From Lingula anatina (taxonomy: Eukaryota; Animalia; Brachiopoda): a stretch of 64,000 nucleotides of DNA. How positions within the stretch are numbered: the first letter of the stretch is position 1; each line of letters starts with the position of its first letter. Location of the stretch: NCBI GenBank assembly GCA_051362555.1, contig CM120640.1, forward strand, positions 63,838,788 through 63,902,787. Reading direction: 5' to 3'. The notes beneath the pieces are model-generated. The model was not told the DNA's origin, searched no databases, and worked only from the letters and a program-made list of their open reading frames with translations. Of the stretch, positions 42,630-53,634 are shown one piece after another. The translations under genes were made by a program, and so were the position numbers.

Positions 42630-42747
42630 ATGCGGTATTTAAGATTCTTGGGCACTGTCGCTTTCGGACGATCGTTTCAACCCGTTAAGGTACCTAGATC
42701 GACATTGTATTAAGCAACTGTAGGCCCATGCATTATATATATCAGAA

Positions 42748-42781
<34 letters not shown>

Positions 42782-45700
42782 CAGTTTAAAGGCGGTCATT
42801 ACTTGTAAGTTGTATGGCCTTTTTCAGCTAACACCTTCCATAAAAATTCTTTGTGCCAGTTTACTTCAAGAGAGTTATTGACAGACAAGTATGCTCGATC
42901 ATTATTTTTTTTTTCTGACTAGCAGTAGCACATACTCACTGCAGGATTATAGATGTCACATGGGTTTCTTTCAAGAATGATCAAAGAACTGATCACACTT
43001 CATTTAACATTAGTAACGACTAAAGTTTGTGGATTTTGTTGTTGTGATTAACTTCTTGGTCAACATATAACTTACTATATTACAAAGTACATCTCTGATG
43101 AAATAGCCATGTTACAATAACATTATCAAATTTCCAGTCAGAACTGAATAATAGGACCTCTCCCTATCCAACTGTATTGGGGTCTCCAGCTTACATCATA
43201 TCAAGCTACAAGAGGAACATGTCTGGTGACTCACCTGTAACCAAAAAGCCTTGTGGAGAGAAACTGATAGGCACACATAATGGAACCTTCCACTGTGATG
43301 AAGTTTTGGCCTGCTTTCTGCTCAAGCAACTGCCAGAGTACCAAGATGCTAAAATTGTCCGGTAAAGAAACAGAAATTATTTATGTATACTGGATGGCAT
43401 ATTCAGCATATGCTATCCAGTATTATTAAACTGTGTCGACTTTATTTCATGTCTCGAAAGATACTTTTACATCACGAAAATTGTTTGGAACTGATTCATT
43501 TAAAACAGCTACACAAATATATCATAGCTTTGATGAGTATTGATAACACAGTGACTGATGAACTTACCATTACCTTTTAAGGTATCGTTCTTATTAGACT
43601 GTTATATATATACTTCCCAATTTTATACATTTTTCTGCATATTTTGTCTTTGAAGAAATTTCTCTGTTTAGGTGAACACTGTTAAAGCATCTTTCATGAC
43701 ATGCATCAAGAGAGAGTATTTGTAACTTGCTAAATCATAATTTCAGAACAAGGGACCCCACAGTTTTAAGTACATGTGATGTTGTGGTGGATGTAGGAGG
43801 AGTTTTTGATGCTGCATCTCATAGATATGATCATCACCAAAGGTATGAAATAATTTCTTGAACACTGATCAGATAGATTCAGAATAAATTTTTTCAAATA
43901 GGATGGAAAGTTCTCTGAATTTTTATTTACGTAGAGCAAGAGATCCATAACCAACTCACTTGTTTTCCTGGGCAAGTATGACTTTAATACTACATAATTG
44001 TGTGTATCTGCCTGCTGGGCAAATGATACCAATAGGTATGTCAAGCTCTGCTTATATATACTTAAGATATGTATGTACTAGTATGTATGTTGAAAGAGAA
44101 AATGCTGCATGGAATCAAGGAGTTATAACAGAAGGAGATTACACGCAAGCCTCTCTATTGTCCGATGTCTGTTACGGTGGGCGGAGCTAGCTACAGGGGG
44201 CCTCCTGTCTCAAGGTTTCGTCTGGGTCGCTCTCCTCCGCTTGGAGATTGATTTTATATGCGTTATTTCGCGTTAGAGTTCGAGATCAGTAGTGTCAAAG
44301 CAGCGCTGTATGCTGACGATTTTTTTCACAGGTAGTTATTTGGACGATGTGCTGGGAGGGAACGATATCATAGAAAGCGATTATAAGGTGGTGACTGAGG
44401 ATGGTCGCCATGAGTTTTTTTGAGTCGGTGATAGATGGCTTTTCTTTTGCACAACACAGTGAAAAATCACCAAGGATAAGTCAAAAGAAAACGTCCCAAC
44501 TGTGGTTTGTGAAAATGACATTCAAGTGAACGTCTGTCCTCACTGCCAAAGAACATAATATTAATACATAAACGTTTGGACCCTCCTGCCCTTGGGTCCC
44601 ATAAACATATACATTGAGACAGTGCCTAAGCTTTGTGACTGGTTTTAAATTTCTTTAAGTATTTTTTTTCTCTCACTCGGTATAATTTTAATATCATAAT
44701 GCATTAAAGTGAAATTTTAATCAAAGGTTGAGGCAATGCCACGACATGCCAGTTTACTAAATACTCGTTATAAATTTCTTTATCTTGGAAATCTCCCTTT
44801 TTTTCAGGATTATTTTGACACATACTAACACTTCATATTTGTCGGTAAACAAGTACACAGTGCTAAACATTAAGAATAATTTTTATTCATTCATAAATAT
44901 ATTTATGTACAAAAAATATCAGAAATTTTAGTATTAACTGAGCTCTTTAAAGTGAAACAAATAAAGATGAGAATTTTGAATTTCAAACTATTATTTACTA
45001 TATTAACTTAAAATATCTTTTAAGTCAACTCTATACTCAAGCATCATGAGTAAAACCATTTTATTATATCAACAGAAGAACAAAAACAAAATTTTACACA
45101 TAAGCAGTAATTAACGAAGTCATAAGAATGACTAAGTTGCTATGGTTTTCCAGTTTTATGCAGTCTATGTTGGCATTTTTTTCAACCGTGCAAATAGAAA
45201 TAATTATATTCTTTTTTATCTGACTTGCTGATACCAGTCTGTGCCAGATACTATTCCACTCACAGGCCAGCAAGGTCTGAGAATCTAATGGGCTGAATGA
45301 AAAAAAAACCCTAGAAGATAAAGTGGCTAATTCTTACAAATAGGATAAAAAACATGGGATTTTCAAAAGGTTATTATAAATCAAGACAACACTTAGTAAG
45401 AACATTTATAAAATGAACTGGAGTACATGTTACAGCTGAAAAAATTAACTGGGCCAGTAAGTGACTGCTTTAAAGAAATTTCACTGAAACAGTCCAAATT
45501 TTACTGGCAATCAAGTAGACTGTTATACCATGGCACTCAACAAATTATATATAGGTTTTGAATTTTTTTCCACGTGACGGTAACATAAAATTTATGTCAA
45601 CTTTTGAAAGGTATAGAGTCAGTTAGGTGACTGAAAATATTTTAAAATGTCATGAAGGAGCACTATTAATTTAATGCAATCTCTGTTGGCCAGTCTTATC

Positions 45701-48700
45701 CAGTTTCTTCTCCAAAAAGGACAACTCGAGTGAGAATTTCTTCAGGGCCTTTTCTTCTGCCTGCCAATGCCATGCCACTCAGAAAAGAGAGAAACCTGTA
45801 GGTTAGAAAAAAAAAAGCATAATAATAGCATTATGAACTACTAGTATCCATGAAGACATTATGGAATTACGCAGTGAAGTTTAATGTGTCTTGTTTTGAC
45901 TTGACTGAAATAATGTTCACCACATAAATGAACAATTTACAACTAAATTTATATAGAATATCAAGATTCGTGATCACAAGCTAATAACCCCAAGAAATTG
46001 AAAGAAATTGTACTTATTACAAGAAATTATTTAAATCCGCCCTGGTTCCTACTCTTCTGACAGGACAAAAAGGGGATTTCAGAGAGGCTGGTTGCTAAAA
46101 GGAAAATGCCCAAGGTTGTTGTATTTTGAAAAAAATTTAAAAAAGGGTACTGTTGTTAGTGAATGTTTAATGCATTGTAGGCATTATGACAAAAGTAACT
46201 TACCCCAGACACGCTGACCTCCTTTTTTCATTGACATTTTTAAATTTTTTCCAGCCTGACCATAATTCATGTATTCAATGCAGCCTTCTCCCATATCTAT
46301 AATAGAATAAAAAAAACTTGAGTAGTGTTAAGATAAGCATGTAAAATCCATTATCAATTTTGAGAGAATTTCTGTTTCAACACTGCAAGATGAAATATTT
46401 ACTTTCAAGTAATGAATAAACCTTAATAGAGTTCTATTCTTTAGTAACCACCAAGGCAAAGCTTCTTTCTTAAAATGAACAGAAATATCCAAGCTTGCCA
46501 CCTAACATGCCAAAGTAGTGAAGTATAATTAAAGTAGAGAAGCAAGTACCCCTTAATTATAGAGGTGTCTTACACAATAAGGTGTGTCGAACACACCTTG
46601 ACTCAAAGGGAGATGTGTAGTGAGATAACAGGTTAAGTAATTGGTATATCCTAGGTGAACTTAAAACCTTTAGACTTTAAATTAAAAGCACCAGGATTCA
46701 TATGTGTTCTTTTTTCAAAGGTTTAATATAAATTAAAACACATATATGTAAAAAGAAGACTAAATAAGTTAAAAATAACTATGCCATGAAGTCAAACTTC
46801 CTGTTAGACCGCCATGATGGAAAATGCTGGGTGGAGGCAAAATTTTCCAGTCAAAAAAACTGAGCACTTTACTTTAACAACAAAGTTACCACTTCAAAGC
46901 CACCCACCATGGTGAGAAGAAAAATGATGACCAACTGTCATGATAAGTCTTTTTAGATTTAAACATGAAAAAGGTAAAGGCCAAAATGGTACATTTACCC
47001 AAGAAGTTATAATGAGAAGGAGTAGAAACGGGACATCAATTATCTCTCTCGTCCAATCAGATCGCAGCATTCTTTTCAAAGCGGCGTCCTTTGAAATTCG
47101 ATCCTCGTAACTGGTCTAATCCTCCGCTCGCCTCCGCGTGACTCGAGACGGAGAAGCTGAACCAGTGCGTATACGTCTTGATTTATTCATGTTTAATGCG
47201 AATATTTGGAAGTTATACTTAGAAAAACGCCAAGTCGAGCGATATAAAGGTGAGTGAGAGTTGATAATCTGCTTTGAGCATTGTTTTATGTTCATACGGT
47301 GGCTGTCAGTCAAATTTCTCTGTGCAGAAAGCAGCGTTAGCTCGAAGATCTGAGGCCGATTCAGCGGGGCCTCCATGTTTAGGACTTTTTTCTTCTTAAG
47401 TGCGTGATGTATGCACATAATTTATGTTTTTCTGGTTAGTTAAGCACGTGCATCATTACAATACATCACTTTGGTATTAAATGAATCAATCCTTTAGATG
47501 AAAAACGTCGTTTCAAATAGACAACTTTTCATCCGACTTTTTCAAAATGGCGGGTCCCTAAATTGGTAAGAGACAGTTGGGTGATAGTTTGGGACAATTT
47601 TTGGTAATTTTAACGTGATGTATGCATATAACTTATGCTTTTCTGGTAAGTTAAGCACGTGCACCATTACAATACATCATTGTGATATTAAATGAGTAAA
47701 TCCTTTAGATGAAAAACATCGTTTCAAATAGACAACTTTTCATGGGACTTTTTCAAAATGGCGGGTCCCTAAATTGGTTAGAGACAGTTGGGTGACAGTT
47801 TGGGACAATTTTTGGTAATTTTAACGTGGTGTATGCACATAATTTATGTTTTTCTGGTTAGTTAAGCACGTGCATCATTACAATACATAACTTTGGTATT
47901 AAATGAATCAATCCTTTAGATGAAAAACATCGTTTCAAATAGACAACTTTTCATCGCACTTTTTCAAAATGGCGAGTCCCTAAATTGGTTAGAGACAGTT
48001 GGGTGACAGTTTGGGACAATTTTTGGTAATTTTAACGTAATATATGCACATAATTTATGTTTTTCTGGTTAGTTAAGCACGTGCACCATTACAATATAAC
48101 ATTGTGATATTAAATGAATCAATCCTTTAGATGAAAAACATCGTTTCAAATAAACAACTTTTCATGGGACTTTTTCAAAATGGTGGGTCCAAAATTTGAT
48201 GACAGGGAACTCTCGGAATTTTTTTCAATTTTTTATTGCAATATGATGTTTGCAGAGTTTCGTTTAGGATATAGAGTTATATTTTGTAATGAATTCCACA
48301 CTTACTCATTTCAGGTTGAAGAGAATGCAGGTGAAAGATCTTTAGTTTTGCTGGCAGATGTACAAGTAGCCATAATTGAACAGTCAAAATGATTGTTTCC
48401 AGCAGCAGCTTGATGAGGCACAAGGCTCTGTTTTCGTACCGCCACTAATATTAAACTATAGTGCACAAGAGGTGCAAGTTTTAAAAGGGAATTTAGTGGT
48501 CCAAGTTTTAAAAGGGAATTTATTGTTCACTGGCTAATTGTCTAAAGTATAAAATAAAATAGTCACCACATCAAAATAAAAACTAACCATTTTTGTATTG
48601 CTTTAATCACTATTGGGTGTAACAATATTGACATATTTTCATTGCTGGTACTTTGTTTTAGATATTATACAAGTTGCTCGAATGTTGAATTAAAGCAATA

Positions 48701-51073
48701 TCAACCAATAAAAATATTTCTTTGATTTTTTCTTCTAATGAATTTAAACTATCAGTCTACTATTAGTTGACCTCCTGTAATAGACAATGATATAAACAAA
48801 AAAATGTATTACTGAAATTTTATTTAGAATCATACTAAGTGCAATAACTTATTTTCATTTCCCCAATTTTCCTGTTTAAGCTCTACCTGGTATATAAGCA
48901 ATAATGTGCCAAAAAAGAAAGAAACGAGCTTGGCATACGGAAATTGCAAGTACTACTGTTTTGTGTACACGGCTGTGAATTGAATGTGTCATTCCTAGAT
49001 GAAGATAAATTTCCTTTACACGACAAAAAGAATTTGAAATGAATATGAGACTTCTACAGGTGCAAATTTTAGCGTTGAAGGTGGGTTTGTGAAATTGTTC
49101 TCATACATTCTTGATGTGAAACTAATTTTAGTATAACTAATCGGCTCTAGATCAAATGAAGGTGTATCTCGCATGATTTGAGTTTTATTTCCCAAAATGG
49201 TTGCGTCCAGGCTTGAAATCTCTCTCTACACCTTTCTGTAATCCCACCATGTTTTCTCTGTGAGATTATTAGAGACTTCGCGAGGCTTTATCCCAATTGG
49301 CTGAAGCAACCCATGTGAACGGTTTTTGAATATGTATTAGGCACAAGCTCTCCCTAAGACCACCAGCTGGGTAATTATTAGGATTAAGCCCGTTACGAGG
49401 ATAGGATGAAAGGAAACCCCTTGTTTCTACTCCTTCTCTTTATAACTTCTTGATTTACCCATAACACTAGAGTAAAAAATTGGTATTCTGAACAAATCAG
49501 GTTATTTTTTTCAAGAAATATTGGAGCAGTATCCATGCAATATATACCACGCCACGACCAAGATGTTCAAGAATCTAAACACACCAAATTTTTTTATAAT
49601 CTTGCATTTGAAAAGTGTAAAAAGCGGTAAGGCTTTTGGCCGTAACAAGCGTAACACTTTTTGATCGGAACTCATGAAAATTGTCAATTGTCGTATCCAA
49701 GCTAGACCACATGTAAAATCGCAAAAAAAAAACAATACTGCTCAAGCAAGTGTGTTGCATACATAACAATTAGTTAAATTTTATGACTGTCATGTGACAC
49801 AAGTTTCAAAAAGTAGGAGGAAAATGTCTTTTGGAGTAATTTTTTTCGAAATATTAACAAGATGGCGGCTTTAGCATCTGCTTGTTATTCGGCTACTGAA
49901 AGTGCACCTAAGTTTTATTCTTTGCTATTGCCACAAATTACTTAACAATTGCAACTGTATAAAGACCAAACTTTCTTCATCTGATACTATATTTATAGGC
50001 ACTTGTTATGAGTGGGAAATATTTTTCGTGCAATATTTATTCTCCACACACCACCTCGCGAGATCAACGTGTAGCTGGACACTTACACAGTGAGACCCTA
50101 CGACATAAAAGTTGCAATTTATCTTCATATTTCGTGTAGTTATGCATTTAAAAGCACTTACCTGTTTTTTGAAAACCTTGTCCAACGTAATATCATATAA
50201 ATTCTGTAATTCTCTCATTTTAAGAAACTTTTGACTGCGTTTCTGTTTGTGTCCTCTCCAAACGACAGACGAAGGCATCTATTCTGACAAACGAGATTTA
50301 AACGAGAGTAACAATTAAGCGTAACAGAGATAGGCATCCATTGTTCTCTGGGTTCTATTCATTCCGACCAATGAGAGACCGTAATACGGGCTCCACCCCC
50401 ACGCGTGTAATCTCCTTCTGTTATAACTCCTTGATGGAATTAAGTTTTATTTCAATTGTAAACTTGAAGTCACTTGCTAAGGGTGATTTCCCAGAGATTT
50501 AGATCAATCTAAAGATTAAGTTTTAGATCGACCTAACTCCCTGGGGGTTCACGCTAAATTGCAGTCAGCCAAGCGGGCACCATAGTTAATTACCCCCTTA
50601 CAGCTTTTAGTAGGCGGGACAGACGCTTAAGCCGGCCAAGCTTACAGTAATCTAGTGAGACTCCCCAGAGGGATAGATTGATCTAAAAATCTATGGAAAT
50701 GGGATGTTAGATTGATATGGAGTTGACGTTCCCTTTATTTTTCTTTGTTATTTCAGAACGTTCAAGGAGACTATGAATTCACTGTGTCCAGATAAACAAT
50801 GGCAGACCAAACTTAGTAGTGCAGGATTGGTTTATGTCCATTTTGGAAAATCTATTATTGCACAACTACTTAACAAAAGCCCAGAAGACCCAATCACAAG
50901 CAGCATTTTTGACAAAGTTTATGAAAATTTTGTGGAAGAAATTGATGCTATAGACAATGGAATCTCACAGACTGATGGCGTGCCAAGGTACAATTATGTG
51001 TTGCATAAGAGTAGCTCCACATATTCAGGGCACATTGAAATTAAGAGTTCATGTTGTTTTACATATCAGAAAA

Positions 51074-51110
<37 letters not shown>

Positions 51111-52821
51111 CGCGTGGGTGTCAGTTTAAAGGTCATTATTTGTATGGCTTTCTTTTTTTCTCTTTATTGGATGAAAATAGTTGAAAAAATAATGAAGGTT
51201 AAAAAAATGTTTAAATGCAGAGTTATAATGGGCAGAGACCCTTGACTATAATCAAGGGTGACTGCCACCAATAAGAGATTTCAGCAATTATATCTCATGC
51301 AACTTAGAATGTCTTCATTTGAGGTTACGCCTGCTTTTTAGTATGGAGTACATATTATAATTCATGAAATTTGCCTTTTTCAGGTATCACATAAGCACTA
51401 CACTCAGCAGTAGAGTGAGCTATTTAAACCCAGCATGGAATCAGGGCAATGTGGATGCTGATGTAAGTGTTAGGAGAAAGGTGTATCATTTTTATGTCTC
51501 ATGACATATTTTACATCAGTGATAAGACAAACCGTATCATTCAACCTTAGTTTTTTTTAAACTTTGTTATAAATATAATTAATCTTTTAATAGATGAGCA
51601 ATGTTTTGAAAATTTGGACAAGGTGCAGTCTTTAACTTAAGCACCAGTTTCCTCTCTTACTGCAAAACTGGAGTTGTTTATGCATAATTTTGCTCTTTAT
51701 ATTTAAGACTAGGTTTCATAAAGCTATGGAAATGGTTGGAGCAGAGTTCTTGGACAGGGTCTCCTATTACACTGATTCATGGCTGCCAGCAAGAACCCTT
51801 GTGGAAAAAGCACTGGCAGGTCGCTTCAAGGTAAGGCAGACATTATTTTGTGCCATAACATTCAATTTTCTTTATACTAAAGATTCAAGGAAAACTTATT
51901 TAACTAATGAATTGTTTTAAAATTAAAATTGAACTTCTGTGCCATAGCTCTAATGTATCATCTAGTTGCATGGTTTAATGTATAATAATTACACAATTTA
52001 GACGTGAAAGAAAAAAAGAAGATACAAAACTCTTCTTTTCCAGTTTAGTTATCATTGTGACAAAAAGGTTTTAGTATATTATTTTGAAAAAGGTAACCCA
52101 TCCAAAATCCTATAAAGATCATAAAAGTATTGGTGCTATCCCCATGTTCAAGGTTGATGACAGTGGGGAGATATTGGTGCTGGAAGAGGGTGGCTGCCCA
52201 TGGAAGGACCACTTATTTACACTGGAACAAGAGCAGAATATACAGCCTCTGATTAAATTTGTGCTCTACCAGGACCAGAACAACCACTGGAGGGTGCAAT
52301 GTGTGTCTGTCAGGCTGGGATCATTTGAAAATAGGTAAATAGAGTATACATATTAAATGCAAATTTGCATGTATATTTAATGTTGAAATTAACAGTAGTC
52401 CAATATAAGTCAAACAAGTTTTTTATGGTCATGGTTATGCATTTTCCAAAAGATAAATAAAATTGTGGATATCGAAGTATTCTAAAACATGAAATCTACT
52501 CGTTTTTATGCATTGGCTGTATTCAAGGGATATTTGCATAAGGGCAATATTGAAATTGGGCCTTAATTATAAATGCATTAATCACTGATTGTATGACAGT
52601 AACTGCCAAAATTGTGAAAATAAATTTCAGCTCCCTGCCGTTTGATTTTCAGATTGTCCTTATTGGAGGCTTGGAGAGGTGTGCGAGATGATGAACTGTC
52701 AAAACTGAGTGGCATTCCAGACTGCATATTTGTCCATGCAGGTGGCTTTATAGGAGGAAATAAAACATACGAGGGCGCATTGAAGATGGCACAGAGGACT
52801 CTCAAAGAAGCAACTGCTTAA
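42630..52821 (+). CDS. MYG1: MYG1 exonuclease (UPF0160, DHH-like), ~387 aa with presequence
   Basis: Exons 42630-42689 (inferred), 43138-43361, 43747-43842, 50757-50987, 51384-51462, 51708-51830, 52153-52334, 52653-52821. Motifs [84 protein letters not shown] and [11 protein letters not shown]. Confidence 0.94.
47000..49452. mobile_element. Nested 2.45-kb P-like element (30-bp TIR, 7-bp TSD ATTTACC)
   Basis: caagaagttataatgagaaggagtagaaac at 47000; gtttctactccttctctttataacttcttg ending at 49452 (one mismatch); atttacc at 46993-46999 and 49453-49459. Confidence 0.85.
47403..48195. repeat. 211-bp tandem repeat, ~3.7 copies, inside the nested element
   Basis: Units start at 47403, 47614, 47825 and 48036; each has CACGTG and a CAAAATGG(C/T)G motif. 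Confidence 0.92.
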
Positions 52822-53634
52822 TCCTCAAACATTTTTGACAATTTAGAAATATGAGGCCATGCCATGCTATAAACCTGGGAACACACAGCAGTAGGAGTTT
52901 GATATTGATCTCAACACCTCACCAGAAGACTGAACTGAATCTGACATCCGTGTTGGTAGGAATTAGCCAAAACTTTGTAGATTTTTACCAAACACAAAGG
53001 TGGATACCTCCAATCTTTCTGTGGTTAGTAGCTACTTTTCAGCCAACTACATACTATGAATATAGTTATTTTTCAATTTATCTTTCTGTTTTCAGACCTA
53101 AAAGCTGTCCAAGCTCAGGGAAATGCAGAATTTGGAATGCCAATTACGTTACCTCATCATATTGTTTAATTCCTATAAAGTATAAAGTAAAAAATGTAAA
53201 GCAAAGACTTCTTTATTGCAATTAACTGGCTCATAACTTGTAACAACAACTTAACAATGTTATACGTACAGGATATATATATGGAATTCCATTTTGAATA
53301 TATTAATATGTCGTTTGGGTTTAATACTTGAACAATGGAAATTGCTTTTTTTATATCACAGTTTTTCAAAACTCAACCCTGAAAAAAAGACAAACAAACA
53401 CATTTTCTATGGTATATCAAAAAAATTCTAAAAAAGCATATACGCTGAAATACAATTGGTTCATTGGTTTGGTTACTATCACATGAATTGCATAAGAGAA
53501 AAAATTCTTGCTGTCCATGGGGATTGTAAAATATCGTCATGGCTAGCAACATAAGCTGTATTCAAAATTTGGATAATTTATATCTGATATGTAAGCATTT
53601 ATCCCCAGAATTAGATGGAATATACACAATCACT

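Larger units (their letters stand above)
44116..50433. mobile_element. 6.3-kb P-superfamily-like DNA transposon (31-bp perfect TIR, 7-bp TSD ATGGAAT) in MYG1 intron 3
   Basis: caaggagttataacagaaggagattacacgc from 44116 and its exact reverse complement ending at 50433; atggaat at 44109-44115 and 50434-50440. No intact transposase seen. The P assignment rests on CAAGG termini and TSD length. Confidence 0.85.

Noticed and set aside
47116-47418. 100-aa ORF as candidate P transposase or THAP domain
   Set aside because: No C2CH THAP or DDE motifs; it runs into the tandem array.
52851-53225. 124-aa ORF after the MYG1 stop
   Set aside because: 3' UTR composition, no recognisable domain, no evidence for readthrough.
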